DNA from: Laetmonice hystrix
Lineage: Eukaryota
Length of the DNA stretch: 64,000 bases
Direction of reading: 5' to 3'
Assembly: GCA_965235115.1 (NCBI GenBank)
Contig: OZ249436.1
Location: forward strand, 46,564,001-46,628,000
The position numbers and the translations under genes were made by a program. Positions within the stretch are counted from its first letter, which is position 1. Every line of letters begins with the position of its first letter. Shown piece after piece: positions 38,137-48,969 of this stretch. The notes below the pieces were generated by a model. The model was not told where the DNA came from and searched no databases. It saw nothing but the letters and a program-made list of their open reading frames with translations.

Positions 38137-38442
38137 CTATTGTTTTGCCACTGAAGAAATGCTCAAAATAAGACCTTGTAATTTTTACATTTTTATTTAC
38201 CATGGCTACAACTGTGTCTACGGGCCAGCTTTGGTCATTTTGACAGGGATATTTTTTTTACAGAAACCGCAAGTTACTGTGAGGTTACAGGCACGGAATC
38301 TCATGGCCTGGTGTCCGGATAGTCGGAACCCTATGCAGGCTTTCAATAACACAGAAATCACAAGTCACTGTGAGGTTACACATGCAGAGACTCAGTAGCC
38401 TGAGTGGAATCTAAGATCACTGGTTCCGGACAGTGCAGGCTT

Positions 38443-39114
38443 TCAGTAACACTGCAATGAGGCGAGGAGCCCCAATGATGCGAGCGTGTTCTGTAGTTTG
38501 AGTAACATAGGTTCATACTGCCGGTCCCAGTAGTGTATGCGAGTGAGGATTGGCTGTTCATTGCCTTCTCCTCCATCATATCCCGAGAAAACTCTCTGTT
38601 CAACATATTTGCCACCAATGTCCTTGAGGACGAGGTACAGAGACCGTCTAAGGATGCCCTCCTCCCGTCCTATCCCCAGTATCCGAGCTCCGGCACCAAA
38701 GGGGTTCATGCTCAGTCTCTTCAATAGCTCCTTCCCGGCCTCCTCTATCGCGCTCTCTTCTATCACAAACCAGTACGCCACAGCAGGGTACACAATCCTT
38801 GGATTGTCAGGTTTCTTGGAGAATATAGACGATGTCGCAGTCACTGATGAAATAAAGAAACTTGCACATTTCAAATCCTTCAGAGTATCGTTAATCTCTC
38901 TGAGAAAGTGTGGAATTTGGCCCCATACTTCATCAGACTGCCAATGACTGGCTCTGCCCCATTTGAGGCGCAATGCACACATTAACTTGTGGTCTTTAAC
39001 CAGAGGCTTCACAATGATTTCCTCTAAGTGATGCCGCATTTCCCGGGAGGTCAGGGTGGAGCAGGGGTGTCTGACGTCTCCATGTCCTGAACCATGTCCT
39101 GGGTACTGGGACAT
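38443..39114 (-). CDS. Cassette V6: putative alternative terminal exon
   Basis: Acceptor tttccatttccag|ATG; 672 nt, phase 0; CALRLKW, FFISSVTATS, YPAVAYW, LYLVLKD. Confidence 0.92.
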   Translation of the reverse strand: MSQYPGHGSGHGDVRHPCSTLTSREMRHHLEEIIVKPLVKDHKLMCALRLKWGRASHWQSDEVWGQIPHFLREINDTLKDLKCASFFISSVTATSSIFSKKPDNPRIVYPAVAYWFVIEESAIEEAGKELLKRLSMNPFGAGARILGIGREEGILRRSLYLVLKDIGGKYVEQRVFSGYDGGEGNEQPILTRIHYWDRQYEPMLLKLQNTLASLGLLASLQCY

Positions 39115-40451
39115 CTGGAAATGGAAATACGGCGACTGGGTGAGTAGTCCCTCTCTATGTTGGCATGCCATTAGTTGTGACCAAACTACTGTCATACTGC
39201 TCCCAGGATCTCTAGTGTCTTGACCACAAGTAATACCAGTCCTGAAGTTACAGTTATCTTTTGTATACATTCATTCTAGCATTTCAAATCTCAAACTCTT
39301 TTCAGAAAGCTGGTGAGTGAATAGCAGCAAACGGAACACTCAACAACCCTGAGTAACTAATTACAGGGTTTCCATACTATCAGCTTAACAAAATACCCAG
39401 ACTCTTCAGGTCTTCCTTAGCAACAGATATAAAAGATTATGAAAGGACTGCATCCTGACTATGAATCAGCCTAGGATTTGACTCGTTTCATCTAATTCCC
39501 TGACTTTTCCCAGTGGCCTTGGGCCCTGAAAACCCTGAAATTATCATCTTGCAACACCTCGGACACATACTGACTTTCAACAGATTACAGATGAACGGAA
39601 CATGTTGCAGCTGAATTTCACAATGGCATCCATCACAAATGCCCAGATGAATTCAACCTTCACCAATCTGAGACTTTCACATTATAGCGCCACATGCTGA
39701 GTTTCACTGAACTCTAAATTGAGTACACTGTATTGTGTATTTACCATTAGGAAAAAACTTGAGATAATCACTAACCAATGAGTTATTTTCTAGCATATTT
39801 CTAGAAAAAATCTCACAAGCACTACAACGTTTCACAAAATAAATGTTTACTAAAGTCGTACCAATGTATTGAAATGAATTCATTCCTAACGATATCCAGG
39901 CTTATTTCCCACACGTGAAACCTTCATTGGTGTATGAAATAACACGCTTGTTTTTGTGGGATGTTTCCTCAACCTTGCCAGCCAGACACTGTCCTAGTGT
40001 CTAGGAACGTCTTTTTTGTTAGGAATCCCATCTATGAACAAGTTTTGCAAATTACCTACACAGTTCTTATTACAAATTATACCGGACACTTGAAGTAAAG
40101 TCCATCAAGGTTAAGTGTCATGAAGACGGTAACCGGCATCAACGGCCAGAGCCCAATCGGAGCTCCAACAAAATGTTTTCATTATTAAAGCCATCTTGAC
40201 AACAGTCACGGCATTCACACTGGATACCATCTCATAATTTAAAAGTTATCACAAAATAATTGCTGCTTACAACTTACAAAATTATGTCCTTATTGATTCA
40301 GACTCCCCTTCACAATTGCTTAAAGCTGCTATAATTTTTAGCAGCTGGAATATTCAAACAACTTGTCCCAATGATTTCCTATTAGGATTGATCAGACTGG
40401 TTCTCTGTGAACTCTCAAGGTTAACACATTCTGCCTGGTTCCTGACCCATA

Positions 40452-41117
40452 TCATCCGTTGTATTCAGGTTGGCAATAGGTCAGTGCTGCCGTCACTCCA
40501 CACAGGGCAAGTTGTTCATGGAACTCTTCCAACATCGACTTGTAGTCTTCATCTGCAAAGACTATGTGTGTGAGGGGGGGCTTGCTCCCTTCAGGAACAT
40601 GGCTGTACTCGGCCAGGGCTTTCCTCTCCACATACTTTCCCGCTGAATCTTTCAGAACAATGTGGAGAGCTTTCCGCAAGGTCCCGTCGTGGGTGCCACT
40701 TGCTATCAGCTTCACGCCTGCAGCGAATGGGTTGGAATGCATCTTCACAAGAAGATCTCGCTGACTCTGGGAGATATCTTGATCCTTCATGACAATCCAG
40801 AAAGCAAGTGCTGGATAAACAATGGTCGGCTTGTCAGGCCTGTTTGAAAAGGTTGAAGATGTAGCAGTAACAGTTGATATGAAGAAGGAGCTAGAGTGTA
40901 GTTCAGTGACAAGGGTGTTGACTTCAGCGTGGTATTTTGGCATGTTGTGCCAAATGTTTTCCTGTGCTGCTCTGTCATTGACACGCCACACCATTCGAAA
41001 AGCACATACACTTCTCCCTGCCCTCAGCAGCGGGGATAAGAGCCTGTCTTCAAGAAGTTGCTTGACCTCACGGGATGTCAAACTGGAACATGGTCCCTTG
41101 GGTTCTCCGCCTGCCAC
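40452..41117 (-). CDS. Cassette V7: putative alternative terminal exon
   Basis: Acceptor tttgatgttccag|GTG; 666 nt, phase 0; CAFRMVW, FFISTVTATS, YPALAFW, LHIVLKD. Confidence 0.92.
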   Translation of the reverse strand: MAGGEPKGPCSSLTSREVKQLLEDRLLSPLLRAGRSVCAFRMVWRVNDRAAQENIWHNMPKYHAEVNTLVTELHSSSFFISTVTATSSTFSNRPDKPTIVYPALAFWIVMKDQDISQSQRDLLVKMHSNPFAAGVKLIASGTHDGTLRKALHIVLKDSAGKYVERKALAEYSHVPEGSKPPLTHIVFADEDYKSMLEEFHEQLALCGVTAALTYCQPEYNG

Positions 41118-41606
41118 CTGGAACATCAAACACTGGGCATCGGTGAACAGTGCCATCTAAGGCCTATAGATGACAACCCGAACTTTTAGTCAAGCACATG
41201 GCCCATCTCATGGCCGCCGACGTCACAGCAGAGTCAGACTTTGCAACACTAGCAGCAGACATATGCTGCTTGTACAAAAACTGGAAATCTGCTATGATTC
41301 AAACTTACAGAGAAGCTTTACAATCATCTCAGGTAAAGGTCCAGAAAGTTTTAGCTCAATCGCACGCTTCCTTATTGAGAAAACATCAAGTTTACATAAG
41401 ACCTTTTGTGACAAGTTTTGACAGCTGTGACCCCGATGATAAATATGATGAAGTCGACATCCTGGCAGTTAACATTATGCCAAACAGGAGGCTCTTGCAA
41501 GGTCAAAATATCCCAGCATTAGAAGAAAATAATGTAGTGGAAAACAGAAAATGATTCCCTTTAAAAAGACATGTAATATTATGTTGTAAAAAATTTGGGA
41601 CCTTAA

Positions 41607-42094
41607 CCCTTTCAGTGCGGCTGGCGACCCCTGGCGCCAAGCTCAAACTCTCCATAGCGACGGTTGGCGACCTGTGGTCACCCACACATAAACTCATCAA
41701 TAGATGGCAGCACAGCAAGGACCTATGGATGCCTGCACACATACCTTACACTAGAGGGCAGGACTGCATCAATCACATGATTTTATGTTGTCAGCATGGC
41801 CTGTGGGGGTCATTACACAGCGGATGAACTGTATGGGACCCTCTCAAATGCCAAAATAATAACAATATTGTACTTTTTTCATTTATCCACCAAATCTTTA
41901 TTTTTTTAAACATTTGCCCCAAACTACCTCAGAGTATTTAGAAATCATCTATATTTTGAAATAACCCCACCTAAAAGCTATTTTTGAGGTTGTTTTTATT
42001 ACTATTTTTACAATTTTTTGTGTGAAAAAAATGTGTTTAACCGTGTTACAATGGGTTCAGGTGACCCCCCAGAGATCCAACCCCCCTAAAAGAG
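41607..42094. mobile_element. Possible degenerate piggyBac-like non-autonomous element
   Basis: Starts TTAA|CCCTTT and ends AAAGAG|TCAA (an imperfect mirror). Confidence 0.3.
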
Positions 42095-42359
42095 TCAAAG
42101 TCACAATTTCCATGACCCTCAGGATGTTCTCAAATTCTGGTGAAAATTACTGCTGCAGCGTCAAGGAAAATTTTGTAGCTCTTCACACACGGCTAGCTTT
42201 TAGGATTTAAAGAATACACAGATTCCATGTTGTGAATTACGTATATCGTCTAGAATGGTGTTTATTTGAATACTGCAGACTCAATAGTTGCCGAGATATT
42301 AGCTCCGGCACAAAAAATGTCAGGGCAATATGATGTTTTAGTTCCTAACTTGGGGACAC

Positions 42360-42505
42360 ACGCTATAGTACCTGATGTCTATCATCAGAATAAGTCAAGG
42401 TAATGGTACTAGTACCCAATCGCTATCGTCAGTCTATGTCAAGGTAATGGTACTAGTACCCGATCGCTATGATCACGATGTGTCAAGGTAATGCCAGTAG
42501 TCCTA
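42360..42505. repeat. 44-bp palindrome-containing minisatellite downstream of the V8 stop
   Basis: aagtcaaggtaatggtactagtaccc units; paralogous tracts follow V9-V14. Confidence 0.85.
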
Positions 42506-42538
42506 GTATTTGATTCATCAGTAAAAGTCCAGGTAACA

Positions 42539-43201
42539 CTAGTAGTACTCGATGGCCGATGGCACCCCTGAGGCAGCTAGGTGAACATTCAGATTCATTA
42601 ACATAGTCTCGTATTGTTTGTCATGGTACAGGATCTGTGTCAGAGCTGGTCTGTACTCCACATCTTCCTTTGTAAACGTTGCCAAGGTCTTCCTCTCCAC
42701 GAATCTTCCATTTGAATCCTTCATAACAATGAACAAGGCCTTCTGCAGGGCAGCATTGTCTGAACCACTTGCGAGTAGCTTCACCTCTGCTTTGTATGGG
42801 TTAGCATGCACTTTGACCATTAGGTTCTGCAGCATGTCAGGAAAGAAACCATCCTTCATGACCACCCAAAAGGCCAGAGCTGGATATACAGATGTCTCTT
42901 TATTTGAATTTTTAGTGTAGGCTGTCGTTGTCCCAGTAACAGTCGAAAGAAAGAAGCTGACAGAGTCTAGGGTTTTTAAGACATTGTTCATATTTGTATG
43001 AAAAGAAGTCATTTGAGGCCACACTTCTTTCTGTGTAGTTTTGTCACTGTTCCGCCAAATCATTCGAAAGGCACACACATTTCTTTTAGCCCCGACAACA
43101 TGAGCCAAGAGCTTGTCTTCCAGGTGGAAACGGACTTCACGGGAGGTCAACTGAGAGCAGGGTACCTTGGGTTCTCCCGCGGTGGGGACATCTGGGGACA
43201 C
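42539..43201 (-). CDS. Cassette V8: putative alternative terminal exon (recent subfamily)
   Basis: Acceptor tgtttactgttccag|GTG; 663 nt, phase 0; ends VPSAIEYY*; minus-strand AATAAA at 42266-42261. Confidence 0.92.
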   Translation of the reverse strand: MSPDVPTAGEPKVPCSQLTSREVRFHLEDKLLAHVVGAKRNVCAFRMIWRNSDKTTQKEVWPQMTSFHTNMNNVLKTLDSVSFFLSTVTGTTTAYTKNSNKETSVYPALAFWVVMKDGFFPDMLQNLMVKVHANPYKAEVKLLASGSDNAALQKALFIVMKDSNGRFVERKTLATFTKEDVEYRPALTQILYHDKQYETMLMNLNVHLAASGVPSAIEYY

Positions 43202-43257
43202 CTGGAACAGTAAACACCCGAGTCTGTGAGGAGCTCTGACTGACATGCCCGGGACTA

Positions 43258-43271
43258 CCAGTAGGTGGCGC
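43258..43271 (+). promoter_or_regulatory. CTCF-consensus motif 57 bp from the V8 exon start (same offset at V9-V13)
   Basis: CCAGTAGGTGGCGC fits CCASYAGRKGGCRS; also at 47196, 53529 (one mismatch), 56831, 59327, 61796. Confidence 0.5.
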
Positions 43272-43394
43272 ACATTGAGTCTCCGTACTGACCAGCAACA
43301 ACCCCCTTGTTCTGTAACCAACTCGTGTGTGAAGATGACATATTTTGTTAAGTAAGCTAGCCACTTTGGCTTGTCGTCACTACTATTCAGGGAA

Positions 43395-43488
43395 GTGGCA
43401 GTGGCTGAGTGGGCATGGGCGTTGATGCCTTATGCTATGCGAATGGGTGTAGTAATCTTGGGGCCAAGGTTCAATTCCAGTAGAGGAC
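43395..43488 (+). mobile_element. tRNA-derived SINE head or tRNA pseudogene
   Basis: A-box TGGCTGAGTGG (43402-43412) and B-box GGTTCAATTCC (43468-43478); no acceptor-stem pairing or clean anticodon arm. Confidence 0.7.
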
Positions 43489-44129
43489 CTTTTCTCTTTC
43501 TGGACATTCTCAAAGTAACTGGATTATGCCTGATGCCTGTGCATTTAAAAAGAAAATCACACTATCTAATGTTGGACTATGACCTCACTTCCATTCTACT
43601 TCCATACTATCCCTCAAGCCAGCATGTTGGTCACCCAAATTAACCTTATAGTATATACTGCTATAATTTCTACCAGTTATAATTAGACAAGGCATTTTAA
43701 ATTGGGTTCCAGAGATCCCTGGGACCCCAGTACCATCTAAAATTGGAGCATAATGCATGTGAATTTTGTGTCCCTGTTCCATATTATGCGTAAATACACA
43801 GGTAAATTATGCTAATATGAATGCGGCAAGGGTTACATCTATATTATATTTCCAGATATCTGGAAGGCAAGTTTTGTGCAGACATGACTTTTTGAGGAGA
43901 ATCAAATTTTAAGTACATTTTGAGGAGATGAATACACGTGTGATCGTCACATTGATTTATACTCTGTGCGTGATAAGCAAGGTATCATCTTATTTTCGAT
44001 AGATGTCCTTGGGAGGGAGTCACAGTTTTTCTCGTCCACCTGCCAGACATTCTTAATGACTCCAGCTCTTGCTCAAGTGTAAAACTCCCATCCCAAAACT
44101 CACCCTCCAAGGTTGACATGAGGTTACTT

Positions 44130-44335
44130 TTTAAAATCATATTTAGGATGTTTGTGTGTTCCTGACGTGCGCCATGTCATAGAAACACGTCTCTACCGTT
44201 GTCAGTAGGTCAGTGGGTGGCACAATGGTCCAGTAATATCATCTGTTGTCCCAAGGTATCCAGACATACTGATTTCCACAATCCACAACTTCCAAAAAAT
44301 CTGTTAAAACTGATAGCAGTCTATAAAAACAGGAC
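44130..44335 (-). pseudogene. Decayed C2H2 cassette carried in the duplicated units
   Basis: 44278-44213 reads WKSVCLDTLGQQMILLDHCATH* = C-x3-L-x5-L-x2-H-x3-H. Paralogs near 51700, 54750, 57490, 59990, 62320. Confidence 0.55.
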
Positions 44336-44389
44336 TGTCAGAACACATGTGAACAAATGAAATGATAGATTGACACTTTTATTACATGG

Positions 44390-44610
44390 GAGTAAGTCGT
44401 TCTCGGAAATTATCTCTACACTTAGGACATGGATCTGCCAAGGCACTTTCTTCTACAATTGTCTACTGTTGGCCAAACACTTTGTATGGCTTTTACCAAA
44501 CATGTAGACTATTGATCAACATTTTGTCTGAAAATGTTTGTTGCTATACATAAAGTAGGACTTCTGATCAGGGATGAGAAAAACGTCCACGAATGACCAC
44601 ACAATTCACA
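44390..44610 (-). pseudogene. Second decayed zinc-finger-like stretch in the duplicated units
   Basis: CELCGHSWTFFSSLIR, KPYK and PCPKCRDNF in shifting frames; the paralog near 62700 reads CGRFSAFFSSLIRN with AAT at the His position. Confidence 0.45.
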
Positions 44611-44745
44611 ATCTCACTGCTTCTGTCCGATCGCAAATCTCTCATTTCAACAACATATTAAATACCATATACACAGACTCTTGCCTGTTCCTTAACAATA
44701 ACTGAACCAAATACATACATCATTAGCAGTTTCAATATGGCTTAA

Positions 44746-45264
44746 AGGGGCATATTATGAGGAAACGTTAAAAATCGGTATTTCATAGAACTTTTGCTGT
44801 TTTCATAAAGAGATCCTTCATTAAAATTGCTTAGTAAACAAAGACAGACTTATCAGTTTCATTTTGCGTGAGAAATCGAAGTTTATTAAGCTCCCTTGCC
44901 TGCTTCTCTGCCGATTTCGTAAAATATTTTTTTCTGATGCCGGGCGATCGAGTGCCACTACTGAATTGTTTACAACTAAGCAAAGCACGTGACTAAGCAC
45001 ATGCAGAGAGTGCACATGCAGGATGTGACGCAGTACGCGATTACACAGGTTGATGGGGGGTTGTCCGCCAAATTATGGCGGGAGATGTGCTATCGGGAGA
45101 AATCTATAGGTTTGGTCGTATAGAACCTACTTGTGCTGCATACGCAGCGAAAACACGTTGGAGGACAAAATGCTGTGGTAGGATTATTTACTTGGATCCC
45201 TAGTACACGGTCATGTTGGATAATTGCCGGAAATCCTCAAAAACGTGTTTCATAGCATGCCCCT
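44746..45264. mobile_element. TTAA-flanked non-autonomous DNA transposon (Kolobok-like)
   Basis: TTAA|AGGGGCATATTATGA...TCATAGCATGCCCCT|TTAA; absent from paralogous units (e.g. near 55590). Confidence 0.88.
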
Positions 45265-46476
45265 TTAAGACAACACTACAAATAAAACTGTTTGTCTCTT
45301 TACAGTAACACTAATAATAAGTCTATGTTATTATACTCTCAAAGATTTTGCTAGAACAGCTTAGAAGGAATTTTTTTTGGGGGGGGGGTCGAATTTATGT
45401 GCAGACAACTGTCTCTTTATTAAAACTATGTATATTTTCCAAACCTAAGTAATTCTCAAGATCTCACACTAGTCCTTCCGTAAGTAATTTTCATATGATT
45501 GAGTGATGCACAATCAAACAACCTATAACAAAGAGTTGCCCAATTACGTTCTGAGATCATGCTATCATCAGGATAAGTCAAGGTAATGGTACTAGTAGGC
45601 CTACCCGATAGCTATCGTCAGTCTAAGTCAAGTTCTACGTAATGGTACTAGTACCTGATGGCTATCATCAGGATAAGTCAAGGTAATGGGACTAGTATCG
45701 CACGGAGGGGTTATCCTACGACATTCCAGAAGACTGCGTCTACAGCAGAAGGACGAGGTTGAGCTGGTCAACTATATGAAGTTTATTCCAGTTCACTTTC
45801 CAAGTTGTTGGCCAAAGTTATAACATGAGTATATATAGAGAAGACCACTGTCAAACTGACCAATGATATACAATATAAAAATGCTGGCTCCCGATTGGCT
45901 AAACCATCACAGGGCAGGCCACTTTGGGGATTGTATATTGTTGTTAAAGACAAGTAAGTTGGCACTGGCAGACAGTCTAATGAGCAGTGATTAGTGTGGC
46001 AGACATGCTGGCATTTGTGAGCTGCTTCACAGAGGTGGGAAACAATAGGTGAGAAAACACCTGTATTACGGGTTCCCTGTGATGAGCGACTCTGCCCCTA
46101 TGACTGTACTGCCTTCATTAGTAAAACAACTTCCCAAACGAAAGCTGGGGAAAACCATCAATGGAGAACATATATGTCACTAAAGGGATTATATTGTTTG
46201 TTAACTTAAGATGCTGGTAGCAGACAATGAATACAAACTGAACATCTGAGAACGGTGGTTAAATCCTTAATACACCATAACATGGTTGGTAAATGTCTAT
46301 AATGAACATACATCTTTCTGGGTGTAAATCAAAAGTATACAATTTAAAACGAAACATAATAATTGTTCCTGACATAGCTTGTCTGTCCCTTATTTTGATC
46401 AAGAGTAGCCCACAGTGAAACTGACCAAGTCAACGTAATAAAACTACTACCTGTTGGCTATTAAGTCCAGGTAACA

Positions 46477-47139
46477 CTAGTAGTACTCGATGGCCGATGG
46501 CACCCCTGAGGCAGCTAGGTGAACATTCAGATTCATCAACATAGTCTCGTATTGTTTGTCCTGGTACAGGATCTGTGTCAGAGCTGGTTTGTTCTCCATA
46601 TCTTCCTTTGTAAACTTTGCCAAGGTCTTACACTCCACGAATCTCCCATTGGAATCCTTCATTACAATGAACAAGGCCTTCTGCAGGGCAGCATTGTCTG
46701 AACCACTTGTGAGTAGCCTCACCTCTGCTTTGTATGGGTTTTCATACACTTTGACCATTAGGTTCTGCAGCATGTTAGGAAGGAAACCATCTTTCATGAC
46801 CACCCAAAAGGCCAGAGCTGGATATACAGATGTCATTTTATTCGATTTTTTCTTGTAGGGTGTTGCTGTCGCAGTAACAGTCGAAAGAAAGAAGCTAATG
46901 CAGTCTAGGGTTTTTAAGATATTGTTCATATTTGTATGAAATGAAGTCATTTGGGGCCACACTTCTTCTTGTGTCGTTTTGTCACTGTTCCGCCAAACCA
47001 TTCGAAAGGCACACACATTTCTTTTAGCCCCGACAACATGAGCCAAGAGCTTGTCTTCCAGGTGGAAACGGACCTCACGGGAGGTCAACTGAGAGCAGGG
47101 TACCTTGGGTTCTCCCGCGGTGGGGACATCTGGGGACAT
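46477..47139 (-). CDS. Cassette V9: putative alternative terminal exon
   Basis: Acceptor tgtttactgttccag|ATG; 663 nt, phase 0, intact. Confidence 0.92.
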   Translation of the reverse strand: MSPDVPTAGEPKVPCSQLTSREVRFHLEDKLLAHVVGAKRNVCAFRMVWRNSDKTTQEEVWPQMTSFHTNMNNILKTLDCISFFLSTVTATATPYKKKSNKMTSVYPALAFWVVMKDGFLPNMLQNLMVKVYENPYKAEVRLLTSGSDNAALQKALFIVMKDSNGRFVECKTLAKFTKEDMENKPALTQILYQDKQYETMLMNLNVHLAASGVPSAIEYY

Positions 47140-47289
47140 CTGGAACAGTAAACACCCGAGTCTGTGAGCAGCTCTGACCGACGTGCCCAGGACTACCAGT
47201 AGGTGGCGCACATTGAGTCTCCGTACTGACCAGCAACAACCCCCTTGTTCTATAACCAACTCGTGTGTGAAGATGACATATTTTGTTAA

Positions 47290-48770
47290 GGGTACAAAAT
47301 TTTTAAAACCTGCTAATATCGAACCCCTGCCATATAAATCAGCTTAGTGTCACATGTAAAACTCAAATAAATGTCATGTGAGAATACTCAGCTGACTCCG
47401 TTGCAATCTAACGTTCTGCCGTCGAACCGCTTGGCCATTTTTTCCCAGGCAGAGTGCTGTGTGCCTCCCACAGTCTAAGGTAATGCTCGGAGTGTGGGGT
47501 TTCAAGGCCATCCACCCTTCTATTTCAATGCCACGAGCACTGTCACGTCTTCTGTCCAACTCCTTTCTCAGTTTTTTAGCTGATTCTGCTGCATACATCG
47601 ACTTTCGTCGCTTAAAAGCCCTCGGCGGCATATTTACAAAGCAAGCGTATGATGATGATCAAACATGGTGGAGCGATACCTGAATACCTAGGACTATTAT
47701 GGGATGTTGTTCGACGTGATTTGCAGCACCCCTTCCGGAGAGCAGAGGCAAATTCATACTCCTGCTAATTATCATGTTTTAGCTTCGGTCGGAATTTTAG
47801 TTAACAGAAATCATCATACTGCAGTATTGCAGCAACAGTGTGCCTTCATATATCGGGTGGATAAAAAAAAACGCCCCGAACTTTAAACTTTAATATTTCG
47901 AAAACTATGCATTATAATTCAATAAAATTTCTCTTAATATCACTTCATGATATTGTCTCTGGTATGTGAAAGTCTCAGCTCAATAGCTTTGATATTATTC
48001 CCGTGGCGCTAAAAACAAAAATCAGTGTCTAAAAATGCAATGCCGGAATTAGGTCAAATATCATGCAGCTGCCAGGTGTCCAATTTGACACCTGTTTGAT
48101 GCACCGCATTGTACCTTGGGTAAAAAAATCAATATTTAGTTTTTGCGTGTTTTACAATATGTATCATGTTGTGGACCACTAGATATAATAAAATATGTGC
48201 TATTCCTAGAACGTTTAGAGAAAAACAGATGTTTAATGTGCCAAACCCTACAGAGAAACTGCAACATTAGGACGATATGACTGTAACGAGAAGTTCAAGG
48301 GAAATCGTATCATTATCACGTTTAGAAACACGTTCAGAACGTTGCGCATTTCCCAATGTTGCGAAGATATCTCCTATCAGAGATCAGGAAGTGTATTGGC
48401 TCATGGAAAAAGAGACTGAGAGCAGTATGAAGTGAAAACGGGGGACCGATTGACCACCTACTCTAGTGTGAGGCCAGGGACTCTGGTGCGACTACCACTC
48501 GCTTTAGCCCGGCATTGCGCTTTTGTACAATGATTTTTGTTTTTAGCCCCACGGAAATATTATCCAAGCTATTGAGTTGTAACATTAACAACTAAGAGAC
48601 AACATCATGAAGTGATATTAAGAAAAATTTCATTGAATTACAATCATTACTTTCTGAAATATTGAAGTTTAAAGTTCGGGGCGTTTTTTTTTATCCACCC
48701 GATATATGTTAATAGGTCACTATAGGGGACAGGTAAGTGTTTTATTCTCGAAGATACCCGTGATGTCACT
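47290..48770. mobile_element. TTAA-flanked insertion, probable degenerate Kolobok derivative
   Basis: TTAA at 47286-47289 and 48771-48774; the empty site gttaagtaag is seen near 43347 and 53618. GG...CT termini with poor TIRs. Carries basic ORF remnant 47374-47631 (-). Confidence 0.8.
47851..48704. mobile_element. Tc1/mariner-type MITE with ~200-bp TIRs, nested in the preceding element
   Basis: TA|TATCGGGTGGATAAAAAAAAACGCCCCGAACTTTAAACTT...AAGTTTAAAGTTCGGGGCGTTTTTTTTTATCCACCCGATA|TA. Confidence 0.93.
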
Positions 48771-48817
48771 TTAAGTAAGCTAGCCACTTTGGCTTGTCGT
48801 CACTACTATTCAGGGAA

Positions 48818-48911
48818 GTGGCAGTGGCTGAGTAGGCATGGGCGTTGATGCCTTATGCTATGCGAATGGGTGCAGTAATCTTGGAGCCGGGGTTCAATTC
48901 CAGTAGAGGAC
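48818..48911 (+). mobile_element. tRNA-derived SINE head, duplicated copy
   Basis: Paralog of 43395-43488 with A and B boxes. Confidence 0.7.
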
Positions 48912-48969
48912 TATACTGCCGTGCAATGACAAAAGGAAGCAAGTCCAGCTTTCATCAACATTGACTTAA

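Noticed and set aside
41198..41554. 118-aa plus-strand ORF
   Set aside because: No recognisable motif, paralog or splice context.
43202..43321. N-terminal extensions of the V ORFs given by the ORF track (MVTEQGGCCW..., also V3, V6, V9-V13)
   Set aside because: They lie upstream of the YAG acceptors, often use non-ATG starts, vary in length among paralogs and are not conserved across the family; interpreted as intron.
43395..43488. Functional tRNA gene
   Set aside because: A and B boxes are present, but there is no acceptor stem, clean cloverleaf or Pol III terminator.
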